From: Octopus sinensis
Taxonomy: Eukaryota
NCBI RefSeq assembly: GCF_006345805.1
Contig: NW_021835825.1
Span: 1-38,141 of the forward strand
Length of the DNA stretch: 38,141 nucleotides
Reading direction: 5' to 3'
Below, piece after piece: positions 26,320-36,989 of this stretch. The notes beneath the pieces were generated by a model. The model was not told the origin of the DNA and ran no database searches. It was given only the letters and a program-made list of their open reading frames with translations. Position numbers and translations under genes: made by a program. Positions within the stretch are counted from its first letter, which is position 1, and every line of letters begins with the position of its first letter.

Positions 26320-26494
26320 TATATCCCCATCCTGAACGGGATGCCAGCCCGTCACGGGATTACTCATTTTTGCCGATTGTATCGTGAAATGAATATGTTT
26401 TGTTCAAGAACACAATGCATCGCCCGTTCCAGGAATCGAAGCTACAATCTTACAATCACGAGTCCAACATCCTAACCACTAAGTCACTCGCTCT
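26320..26494 (-). mobile_element. tRNA-derived SINE family E with a V-domain-like segment
   Basis: Minus head TGACTTAGTGGTTAGG...GCTTCGATTCC (A/B boxes); body GTGACGGGCTGGCATCCCGTTCAGG resembles the V-SINE central domain (from memory). Confidence 0.6.
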
Positions 26495-27049
26495 ATCGGC
26501 ATCGTCTATTTTATTGCAGCAATCTTTTTAGTGTGATGGTATTTCCCAAAACCAAAATGGTGCGTTCTATCATTTTGGTTTGGTTTTGTCCCTCTTTTTA
26601 TGCATCAACAATAATTTTTCCCTCACTCCTAACAACGCAGGCTCGACACACATAATTTCCTCCATTTCTCCAGAATAACTGCATTCAAGCTTCCTTTATA
26701 TGCAACCTAAAGACCTCTCATTCAATTTTCTTTGACTCCTGCTGTAGTATCCTTAATTCCATATCTAGAACGGTTCTGTTTCTAAGCAAATAGCATCGAA
26801 AACATCGTCCAAGCAACATCCATTTTTCCACCTGACGTAAGTTACAAACTGTCTCATACATAGTCTCTCACTCTTTCTCTACCTCTCTCTCACTATCGCT
26901 CTCCTTCTCTCTCTCCCCAACTCTCTTTCTCTCGCTGCCTTTTCTATCAATATAACAATACTTTATCCTTTTAGGAACTCAATGGTCACGTGCTATCTGG
27001 TTTCTCGCACTCTGGAACCTTTCGTTTCTCCTTCCATTACTCTATTTTG

Positions 27050-27179
27050 CCTGCCTGCCAGCCTGCCTGCCTACCTACCTACCTACCTACCTACCTACCT
27101 ACATACATACATACATACATACATACATACATACATACATACATACATACACATACACACATACATACGCACAGACATG

Positions 27180-27211
<32 letters not shown>

Positions 27212-27306
27212 AAATCAAGCAGTGGTGGATAGACATCACAGACACAATACACACACATGCACATAGAGATACATATTATATATATATATCTATATATATA
27301 TTATAC

Positions 27307-27337
<31 letters not shown>

Positions 27338-27344
27338 CACATAC
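27050..27344. repeat. Graded (GCCT)n-(ACCT)n-(ACAT)n-(TA)n microsatellite
   Basis: Direct inspection. Confidence 0.9.
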
Positions 27345-27504
27345 ATATGACAGCTTCTTTCAGTTTCTGTCTATAAAATCCACTCAAGGCTTTAATCGGC
27401 CCGAGGCTACAGTAAATGACATACTCAAGAGGCCATGCAGAGGGAGTGAACCCAGAAACATGTAGTTGGGAAGCAAGCTTCTTACCAGAGCCACGCTTGC
27501 GCCT
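27345..27504 (-). mobile_element. SINE family A, 5' half only (diverged)
   Basis: Aligns with 30350-30513 (CTTCTTTCAGTTTC-GTCTA...GAACCCAGAA...GCGCCT). Confidence 0.8.
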
Positions 27505-27713
27505 ATACACACGCACACTCGCACACACAAACACGCATACGCACAGAACCATACACACACCCATACCCACACAAGCCGATACACACACACACGCCCATAC
27601 ACACAAACAGAACACACAAACACATATGGTCAAACTCCAAAGATCCAGAGAGGACTGGGTTTGTATATTCCCAAGTTCTGTACTAACAGCTTTGCTCAGT
27701 CGTTTCTTTCCAG

Positions 27714-27817
27714 ATTGTTGGCTTTCTGAAATTTGAAATTCATTCACTGCTTATGTTTCCCCTGCATTGTGGAACCTTAAAGGAACGAATGTTAGCAGAC
27801 TCAGAGAGACTGCGAAG
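27714..27817 (+). other. Candidate exon of an unidentified host transcript
   Basis: TACTAAC branch point (27681-27687), pyrimidine tract and CAG acceptor; AAG|GTGATT donor (alternative donor at 27913); frame IVGFLKFEIHSLLMFPLHCGTLKERMLADSERLR is open to the donor; no recognised homology. Confidence 0.3.
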
Positions 27818-28245
27818 GTGATTGGGTACTGTCTCTTCTCCTTTAAAAACCAGCAGCAGGCTGAAACAGACGTGGCTACAAAGACAGTGCCTGACTTGAA
27901 GTCGGTGGAGCAAGTATGCTCTCACAGTTTAGCATTTGTACTCAATGTATTTTTTCAGTCTTTTATAATTGACATTCCATTTGCTTGACATCTTAATTTC
28001 TATATATCAATGACAAATTTATGGACAAAAATGTATGGTAGATTAATCTATTATACATTACTTTAATATTTACAGATGCAATGTGCAGTGAGCTTAAACT
28101 GAAAACTGCTTAGATAATCTGAAAACAAATCCCGCTGAGGGTTATGATTATTTAATATAAATTAACGGTTTTCCTGTATAGACGCAGAGCTACAAATATT
28201 TAAGCACATTCAATCGATTATCAGCATATGTATGTATAAGAGGGT

Positions 28246-28285
<40 letters not shown>

Positions 28286-28695
28286 AACAGAGAGATGAAA
28301 GGTAATTTTTTTCTCAATTATATTTGAAATGTGACTGTACATAGATGTAAACACTTCGGGACACTTAATTTTGTTTATTCCAAAAATTATGATGTTGACT
28401 CCACCAACACCTCCGCCACCGACAACGACGACGACAACAATAATATATGAAGAAGAATAACGCAATCAATTCCATGTAGTCACAACAAAAGTTATTGGAA
28501 GAGATAGGTGGGAGTGGGTGATGAAAGGAACACCAAAAGAAGAAGACCGATAGTACTATACTGCCAGAGCAAGACCAAGCTTTGGCCCCGAAATGGAGAA
28601 GTCCCTTGTTTTCAGTAAAATACCAACACACTCGGCGCTTCAAAGTTTTATTCCATGTGGTAGAATTTTATATATATACCACACCCACAACACAC

Positions 28696-28741
<46 letters not shown>

Positions 28742-28805
28742 CACACATATATATATATATAATATATATATAGTTAGTTAGTTTGATAGATAGATGGATA
28801 CATAA

Positions 28806-29383
<578 letters not shown>

Positions 29384-29600
29384 TACGTATATGTTTGTGT
29401 CTGTGTTTGTCCCCTACAATCGCTTGACACCCGATGTTGATGTGTTTACGTCCCCGTAACAGTTCAGCAAAAAGCAACCGTTAGAATAAGTACTAGGCTT
29501 ACAAAAAATAAGTCCTGAGGTTGATTTGTTCAACTAAAACAGGGTGTGCTCCAGCATGACTACAGTCAGATGACTGAAACAAATAAAAGAATAAAAGAAT
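29384..29600 (+). mobile_element. SINE family A, 3' half
   Basis: TGTTTGTCCCC...CGCTTGACA...TAGAATAAGTACTAGGCTTACAAA...GTGCTCCAGCATG...TGACTGAAAC. Confidence 0.85.
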
Positions 29601-29727
29601 ATATATATATATATATATATGACAAATTTTTAAAACAAAACTTTGGCACTTTTTTCCGTCCGATTAGGGTTAAATACTCAATCTCTCTCTCTATTCTCAC
29701 AGCTTTACTGCATTCGAAATATATATA

Positions 29728-29784
<57 letters not shown>

Positions 29785-29808
29785 AATGTTACATTACTCG
29801 ATAGTCAA

Positions 29809-29869
29809 GATAAAACTCTGAGTTTCAGATGCCGAAGTGGAAATCCACAACACCATCTCTTCGGTTATC
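29809..29869 (-). ncRNA. Hammerhead-like motif (left arm; variant core CCGAAGA)
   Basis: GATAA-CCGAAGA-GATG..CATC-T-GAA-ACTC-A-GAGT-T-TTATC. Confidence 0.5.
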
Positions 29870-29894
29870 TGGATAACCGAAGAGATGGTGTTGT

Positions 29895-29955
29895 GATAAC
29901 CGAAGAGATGGTGTTGTGAATTTCTACCTCAGCATCTGAAACTCAGAGTTTTATC
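29895..29955 (+). ncRNA. Hammerhead-like motif (right arm; variant core CCGAAGA)
   Basis: Stem I GATAA/TTATC, stem II GATG/CATC, stem III ACTC/GAGT, GAAA and GUU triplet; U4 is C and there is one extra U. Confidence 0.5.
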
Positions 29956-30110
29956 CTGGCTACCGAATAATTGTCACATATTATTTTACAGATAAATTTC
30001 CTCTATTTACAAAATATTGGGGTCTCTTTTCTTTCTTTTGTTATCTTACCGTTTACCCAATATATATGTATATATATATATATATATATATAATAATATA
30101 TATATATATT

Positions 30111-30513
30111 ATCTTTTACTCTTTTACTTCGTTCAGTCATTTGACTGCGGTCATGTTGGAGCACCACCTTTATCGAGCAACTCGACCCCGGGGCTTATTC
30201 TTTTTGTTAGCCCCAGTACTTTTCTATCGGTCTTTTGCCGAACCGCTAAGTAACGGGGACATACACACCAGCATCGGTTGTCAAGCAATGCTACGGGGAC
30301 AAACACAGACACACAAACACACACACGTATATATATACATACATATATACGACGGGCTTCTTTCAGTTTCCGTCTACCAAATCCACTCACAAGGCTTTGG
30401 TCGGTCCGAGGCTATAGTAGAAGACACCTGCCCAAGGTGCCACGCAGTGGGACTGAACCCAGAACTATGTGGTTGGTAAACAAGCTACTTACCACACAGC
30501 CACTCCTGCGCCT
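30111..30513 (-). mobile_element. SINE family A, full-length copy
   Basis: tRNA-like head (TGGCTGTGTGG; GGTTCAGTCCC), central TA/TG tract, LINE-like 3' tail and (GTAAAAGA)n end. Confidence 0.92.
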
Positions 30514-30813
30514 ATGTTAATATATAAAAGTGAAGTTGTGTGAGTGTCTGTCTCCTACGATTTAGATTCCTAACTACTCCCACATTTTGTGCAGTTTAAC
30601 CAAAAGCGGGTATCTTATAGTCGTGATTCATATCGAGCCCTTTCGGGTATTAGCGCGCGTCTACGATGAGTCTACGATTAAAAAAAAAAATTACCATCAT
30701 TTATTCCCATTTTTAATGCATTTTTTGCTATTATATAAGGGAAGTAACTCTCTAAAAATGCTTATATAGTTATTTCCCTTACAAACCCGAGCAACGCCGG
30801 GCGATACTGCTAG
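30512..30813 (+). mobile_element. Short non-autonomous Helitron
   Basis: 3' hairpin CCCG-AGCAACGC-CGGG (30786-30801) followed by CTAG|T; same 3' motif as the 22905-23951 element; 5' TC end obscured by the adjacent SINE. Confidence 0.75.
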
Positions 30814-30844
<31 letters not shown>

Positions 30845-31207
30845 TGGGAGGAAATAATAAATTATAACGTCAAGTCTTTCATGCTGCACTGTAAGGTGAG
30901 GATGGAGTCTATTGTCAAAATGTGGAAGCTAGGTGTTATTAGCCTAAAATGTAAAGCTATAACACATTGGCTAGACCTTGGCAAACCTTTATAAGCTGAG
31001 GTAATTACGCCCCCCACCCCAGTTATTTATGACAGTTTTTTTCTGTGAGACAAAGTTGTTCAATTGGTGTGTCGTTCGAGTCAGTGAGTTGAAAGTATGT
31101 ACAAACCTTGTGAGTACTGTAATTCTTAACTTGTTATTGTAAACCTGTTAATTCCTGAATTGTTGAATTTGTTGGAAATTTTGTCTTCTCCATTCATGGG
31201 TGAATTA

Positions 31208-32337
31208 ATGAATAATAGACCAGTACAAGTGGGGAGTTATGCTGCAGTGAATGGCAAAAGCCTGTCAGCGAAGCTACTGCAAGTCCGTGAAATAGAAGTT
31301 AAAAACAAGAATTTCAAGAAGTATAACGACTTGTTGAAAAAGGACGCAGGCTGTCTCAGACTGACGTCTCCCGACGAAGTTATCGAGAAAAGAACTATTA
31401 TCTACAGAACGTTAAACATAGGAACGAAGAAAGTAGAAATAGGAGAGACGGAAGCAGTAGAGGAGAGCTTGAAAGAGGTGAAGGACTGTACTACGTTCTA
31501 CACCAGAGGACGGAAATTCGGCACGGTAGAGGTGCTCTTTATAAACGAAAATGACGCAAAAAATACTCCACTGTGACCTTCAGATCAGCTGAGTGAGCAC
31601 TACTGCCTATTTACTGTAGCAAACGTGCGGCCAGAGTAAGAACAGGTAGTGTGCCCCCTGAAATTGACGAGACATAGCTGGTGACACCATCCTCTTCCAT
31701 ACAGAGGAAGACGCAGAAATTTTGAAAAATGTCCAAATCGACGGAGGTGAATTGCTTAAGATATGAGCTAGAGGTGACAGACCTTGATAAGATAGTGGAA
31801 GAGCTGGTTCTGCCGGACGAGACTAGATTGAGGATTGTTGCAGAGGGTAAACATCCAATATGTTTGTTTTTTTTTGTGTGGAGTAAGGAGACACATGAAG
31901 GCCAAGTGTCTCCAGAAACATGAGGAGGAAATAATAGAAAAAGAAATTCAAAAAGAGAGTACAGCAGTAGAGGAAGAGAAAATAGAGGAGCCATTTATGG
32001 TGGTGAAAAGAAAAAGGAACTTCGAATTACCACCAAAAAGCCCCAAGGAGGAAAAAGAAAGACAAACGAAGAGGAGGATAAGAAAGAAGAAAAAATGGAA
32101 AGCCAAATGAAAAAATCAAGTGAAATGCGAACGCACGAACCATCGCCTTCAACTAGCAAGGAAAAAGGAGTACGAAAGAAGGAAAGAAAAGAAAGAGACA
32201 GTGAATTAGAGACAAAGAAATTTGACGGAAGCTATGATTGCCTGTTTAGTCTATGCACGTTGTGCTGTGAGTTAGGCATTTATGGATTTATTTTAGTCTC
32301 CAGGAATTCGCCAGAACTTTTGTCAGATTTAAAATAA
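31208..32337 (+). pseudogene. Gag-like LINE ORF1 remnant with CCHC zinc knuckle (L1/Tx1-like)
   Basis: Frameshift-repaired C-F-L-C-G-V-R-R-H-M-K-A-K-C (CX2CX4HX4C) at about 31861-31910, upstream RVRTGSVPPEI, downstream E/K-rich tail; no ORF2 follows. Confidence 0.7.
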
Positions 32338-32880
32338 TTTCTGTGTCACATCTGGGTGAGTGCAAAAAAATATCTTAACTTATGTTATGTTATAATATTT
32401 ATGTAAATTTTGAACCGTGCATTTGTGGCAGGCTGTGTAGTAATTTTGCTAGCTATTTTCTATTAAGATTAATGTTAAAATCTGTATAAATAATTAAAGG
32501 ATGTATGAATTTAGTTTTTTCATGTAGCTAGTTTTTGGTATTAGACAACTAACTGTAAATTTTCTCTAATGGATACTCAGCATGTTTGTATGAAGCAGTT
32601 TTGTGTGAATTTAAAGCAAACTTCCTTTTTGTTTGACTATTTTTTTAACTACAATTATTGATGTAGTCTGGAAGCCGTTTTGTGTCATGAACTTTTGGTT
32701 TAAATGGTTGCTTTGACATTAGATTTAGGTTTAGGTCTACGTTCGAAATCCTAGGTTCGGAAACCGGATTTGTACTAAAATGGAAATCCAGAATTTCGCC
32801 ATGGGCTCTTAGGAGCATAGTTCGATTTGCTTTTGCTCCGCCTCTGTTCTGTTTTTGTTTTTCCAGCGGATTTCCTTTTT

Positions 32881-32963
32881 TCTTCCTGAAGAGAAAGACA
32901 CAATATGGTCCCATTATTCAATCGGATTTGGTAATTTGTGCCTTTCGAAACACGTTAGAATGA
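32881..32963 (+). ncRNA. Type I hammerhead-like motif with long stem II, followed by AATAAA (Penelope pLTR-like)
   Basis: CTGAAGA (32886-32892), stem II GAAAGACACAA/TTGTGCCTTTC (10/11 pairs), GAAAC-AC-GTT; stem I is imperfect; AATAAA at 32964-32969. Confidence 0.6.
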
Positions 32964-33249
32964 AATAAAACGATTTCTGTTCAATCTGCGTTCAGCTCCA
33001 TTTCTTCAATTCACCAATAATGTCTTAATTTCAATTATCCGCACCAACGCACGGTTGCAACGCCAGATGGTTGTACCTCCAACCGTGCTGTTTACTACTG
33101 TGATTTTTGCTACTAAGGTATCGGTTAAACTTTTGATTAATCTACTACAAGATTATTCATCTTTCTATTTCACATATATATATATATATATATAATACAT
33201 ATATATATTTACACATACTCATATATGAATGCATGCACCAATACTTGGT

Positions 33250-33385
33250 ATGATAACAAGAAATTTCACAGTGTGATGTTTGTTGTAAGAACGAATTGTG
33301 TAAGGCATTCAATAAAATCCTGCACACAACTGGCCTTAAGATCAAGGTTGTAGAAAAGACAGGTAGGACTATCAAATCTGTATAA
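33250..33385 (+). mobile_element. Probable Penelope-like element ORF fragment (RT to GIY-YIG linker)
   Basis: HSVMFVV...NKILHTTGLKIKVVEKTGRTIKS resembles the linker I recall from Penelope-like ORFs; short and frameshifted. Confidence 0.4.
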
Positions 33386-33680
33386 ATACTCACATACATA
33401 CGTAAGTACATAAGTACAAACATACATACATACATACGTACATACATACAAACATACATTCATACATACATACATACATGTACACACATACATACGTACA
33501 TAGATACATACATACTTACATACTTACATACGCACATACATACATACATACATACATACATACATACATACATACATACATACATACATACATACATACA
33601 TACATACATACATGCATACATACATACATACATACATACATACATACATACATACACCACACACCATACATACGTACATA
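33386..33680. repeat. (TACA)n microsatellite
   Basis: Direct tandem repeats. Confidence 0.95.
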
Positions 33681-33939
33681 TATATCATGAACTAACTGTT
33701 ACTTTCTCAGATGCAGCACGAAGTTTTGTCAGTGAAGAGGTCGCGGTCTGAAAGCGAGGAAAATATTTTGACAAATTAAATTTAAATGTTGAAGTGAATC
33801 GAACGGTTTGTGTGTGTTTCTTAAATGTCTTATAAACACCTTCCACCATGCAATTGTTTTCGTTCCAGCACACGATCTCAGATCAGGTCACTCGCTATGC
33901 AAGTACATCTCCGTAACATATATATATTTACATAATTAA

Positions 33940-34381
33940 AAATATTGCATTTCTAAATGTCTCAGACAGACTTATACAGTAGCAGTACATTAAAGTGATG
34001 GTTTGTTGCCGACTTAATGTGGAAGTCCTAGGAAATGGAAGAATGCTATTGTTATTAAGCCTTAAGAAACATCGCTTCCAGTTGGCTATCTGATACAAGC
34101 GTTCTGTGTCCTTACGTTTTGAAACAGAGGACATAAGCACCTCCAACCAGCAAAGCCGACTTCCAGAGACCAGTTCCAGCATCGTTGCTCTTCATTAGTC
34201 TGGAGTAGCTTCGTTTGCTAGCTGTCGATGCTTATTCGCCTTTAAAAACTTATAGAAGTTCAAGTGAAAACTTAAGGACACAGATCGCAGTGGCATTCTT
34301 CCCTTTCTTGGGTAACAAACAATCACATCATTGTACTGCTACTGTATAAGTCTGTCTGAGAGATTTAGAAATGCAATATTT
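33940..34381. repeat. Inverted repeat pair 1 (71-bp arms, 65/71 identical)
   Basis: 33940-34010 versus 34311-34381; further short inverted matches lie inside. Confidence 0.9.
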
Positions 34382-34455
34382 CTTATTTTGTAGATCAGTG
34401 AATCTATTTCTCTTGAAAATCTATAAGCTTTCAAAGGCGAATAAGCATCGACAGC
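34221..34455. mobile_element. MITE-like unit with 44-bp TIRs (inverted repeat pair 2)
   Basis: 34221-34264 versus 34412-34455, 40/44 identical; no TSD visible. Confidence 0.55.
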
Positions 34456-34782
34456 ACGCTAAGTATCCCAGGTGCTGTGGTGGTTTTAGAAGTGCTGAGT
34501 AACGAATGTCATGTCATGCTGGATACATTGAAGTTTTTAAGCCTTGGATGAAATATGCAGTAGAAGGGCATAGGAATTTAGAGGGCATTAGCAAGTTCTC
34601 ACAAACCTCACGTAACAAAAGAATTGACATCAGATGATTTTTAAGATGATTTTCCAGCAAAATTGAGAACTTGAAAGTTGCTAGATTTAAATTCCAGGGC
34701 CAATTACGTTTAGTGCATTGTTGAAAGAGATATCAGTCAACATTCACATAACAGCAGAGCTTCACTAAGGGTCGCTATTGTC
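34456..34782 (+). mobile_element. Tc1/mariner-type transposase remnant
   Basis: VVVLEVLSNECHVM, GYIEVFKPWM and LDLNSRANYV*CIVERD resemble VMVLGVVSNEGHVM, YIEVL..VKPW and SPDLNPLDYYVW.IVER motifs. Confidence 0.55.
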
Positions 34783-35266
34783 TAAATGAGGTCCGACTTA
34801 AACACAGACCAGTTAGGACAGCCATATAAAAAATTATGGCCCTAAAATTAAGCGGACATCTAAGCGGGCGGTGCATTCCGAGAATAATATTATATAAAAG
34901 CAAAAACTTCATCGAGAACATGGGCACACATATTTTGTATTGTTTTACAATACATTCGGTTACTGCTATATTAGTTTTAAATCACCAAGTATAACCACGC
35001 ATGGATTTGTGTGTGTGCGTGTGTATTTGTGTAGGCATGCAAGTGTCTATAAAAAATGAGCACAGACACACAAACGTGTACACCCAAAAATATGAGTTTG
35101 CGAATGAACCTGATATGCACGCACGTATTAAGTGTACGTAATGCTAACAGGAAAATCACTCTTTTCATTAATATTTTTCCCTCGTACTTTTATAGCTATT
35201 ACAAAATCAATTCTAAGAAAGAACATCTACTAACAGCACTATAACCACATCTACTACTACTACTAC

Positions 35267-35319
<53 letters not shown>

Positions 35320-35582
35320 CTGCTGCAAGTACAGTTGATGCTACTGCTACTACTACTCCAACTACCAGTAGTAATGATAATGATAATGATAATAATAATA
35401 TATCTGTATACTACGATTCACTTTTCACTAGGCTTTGTATTTCCGCTATCAATGTGTCGAAGAGAGTCTTTCTAAACATGTTAATACGTAAAAACTATAT
35501 CTGCATGTATATTTGAGCAGTCATGCATATAGGCAAAAGTATGCGTTTACACGTGATTGAACAAATATATATATATATATAG

Positions 35583-35622
<40 letters not shown>

Positions 35623-35805
35623 TGTGTGTGTGTGTGTGTTGTGTGTGTGTCTGTGTCTGTGTGTGTGTGTGTCTGTGTGTGTAGGGTGTAAATACATATA
35701 GATAAATGTATGCAAATATATATATAAATATATAGATAGATAGATAGATAAATATGTATATGAATATGTGTACGTATAAATATTACATTATATGTATATA
35801 TATAT

Positions 35806-36004
35806 AATTTAATAAGGTAGAAATTGATATTAGTCAATTAAAACCAGTGGCCCAGCATATTAAAAAGAATCCGAAGATTAAAATATTTTTACATACAAAT
35901 TTAAAGTAAATTTGTATGTAAAATATTTTAATCTTCGGATTCTTTTTAATATGCTGGGCCACTGGTTTTAATTGACTAATATCAATTTCTACCCTTATTA
36001 AATT
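35806..36004. repeat. Near-perfect fold-back palindrome (arms about 98 bp, AAG loop)
   Basis: 35806-35903 versus 35907-36004 differ only by two 1-nt indels. Confidence 0.95.
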
Positions 36005-36198
36005 TTATATAAAATAAATATGTTCTCTAACCGGTAAATTGACTGCTGCAACTTATTAGCTGCAGGTTGTTTTTTTTCCGGTTTCAGCGCGCCAAAGTGA
36101 AGGCATTTGAAAAATATATTCAAATATAATCGGTTGAGCTCCATGCATGCGAGACTCCGGTCAATCGTTTTTGCATCTAGTCCAGCAAATTGTATTTT

Positions 36199-36279
36199 AT
36201 AACAGACCATGCTGACGAGATTACAGTTTATCCTTGCGGATAATAATAATCGAAACTGATTCAGTACATGGGTAATTAT
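36199..36279 (+). ncRNA. Intact type I hammerhead ribozyme
   Basis: Stem I CCATG(36207-11)/CATGG(36267-71), CTGACGA(36212-18), stem II GATTA/TAATC plus TTATCC-TTGC-GGATAA, GAAA(36252-55), stem III ACTG/CAGT, GUA triplet (predicted cleavage after 36266), distal stem I ATAA/TTAT. Confidence 0.85.
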
Positions 36280-36429
36280 TTTATTTCGTATATTTTCATT
36301 TGTCTTGTTTAATGCTTTGGTTTTGTGTTGAGTTTTTATTTGAGAACATAGACTTTGTGAAAAATAGCGATTTGACGTCTATATCTAGCATGTTGACTGT
36401 CCACCACTTTTGGTGTTCAGTCATTTAAA

Positions 36430-36985
36430 TTTGTATATATATGTACTATATGAATATATATTATATGTATATATGTATATTATATATATACTATATATAT
36501 ATATGTATATAATATATATAATATATATGTATATATATATATATATGTATAATATGTATATATGTATGTATATATATATACATATATATGTATATGTATA
36601 TATGAATATATATGTATATATGTATGTATATATATACTATATATGTACATTATATATGAATATATATGTATATATGTATATATCTATATAATATATGTAT
36701 ACATGTATATATATATATATGTATATATATATATGTATAAAAGTATATATATATATATGTATATATATGTAATATATGTATATATATATGTATATATTTA
36801 TATGTATATATGTATATATATGTATATATATATGTGTATATATTATATCTGTATATATATATATGTCTATATATATATGTATTTATGTATGTATGTATAT
36901 ATATATGTATGTATATATGTATATATGTATATACATGTATGTATATATGTATATATATATATGTATATATGTATATATAAATATA
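36430..36985. repeat. (TA)n/(TATG)n low-complexity tract
   Basis: Direct inspection. Confidence 0.93.
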
Positions 36986-36989
36986 AAAA

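Larger units (their letters stand above)
29787..29978. repeat. Fold-back palindrome made of two inverted hammerhead-like motifs; 23-bp tandem duplication in the right arm
   Basis: 29787-29869 is the reverse complement of 29895-29978; 2-nt centre at 29870-29871; duplication 29872-29894 / 29895-29917. Confidence 0.9.

Noticed and set aside
25790-26860. Complex non-repetitive sequence as an exon or TE ORF
   Set aside because: All frames are interrupted and no recognisable motifs are present
29872-29917. 23-bp direct repeat as a CRISPR-like array
   Set aside because: Two adjacent copies with no spacer in eukaryotic DNA; a simple tandem duplication
30430-30513. tRNA gene calls for SINE heads (also at 15854-15936 and 26430-26494)
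   Set aside because: A/B boxes are present, but there is no complete cloverleaf and each is fused to a repeat body
36085-36272. Exon call from the TTTCAG acceptor to the TGG|GTAATT donor
   Set aside because: Stops in all three frames; the donor-like site coincides with hammerhead stem I, which explains the sequence better
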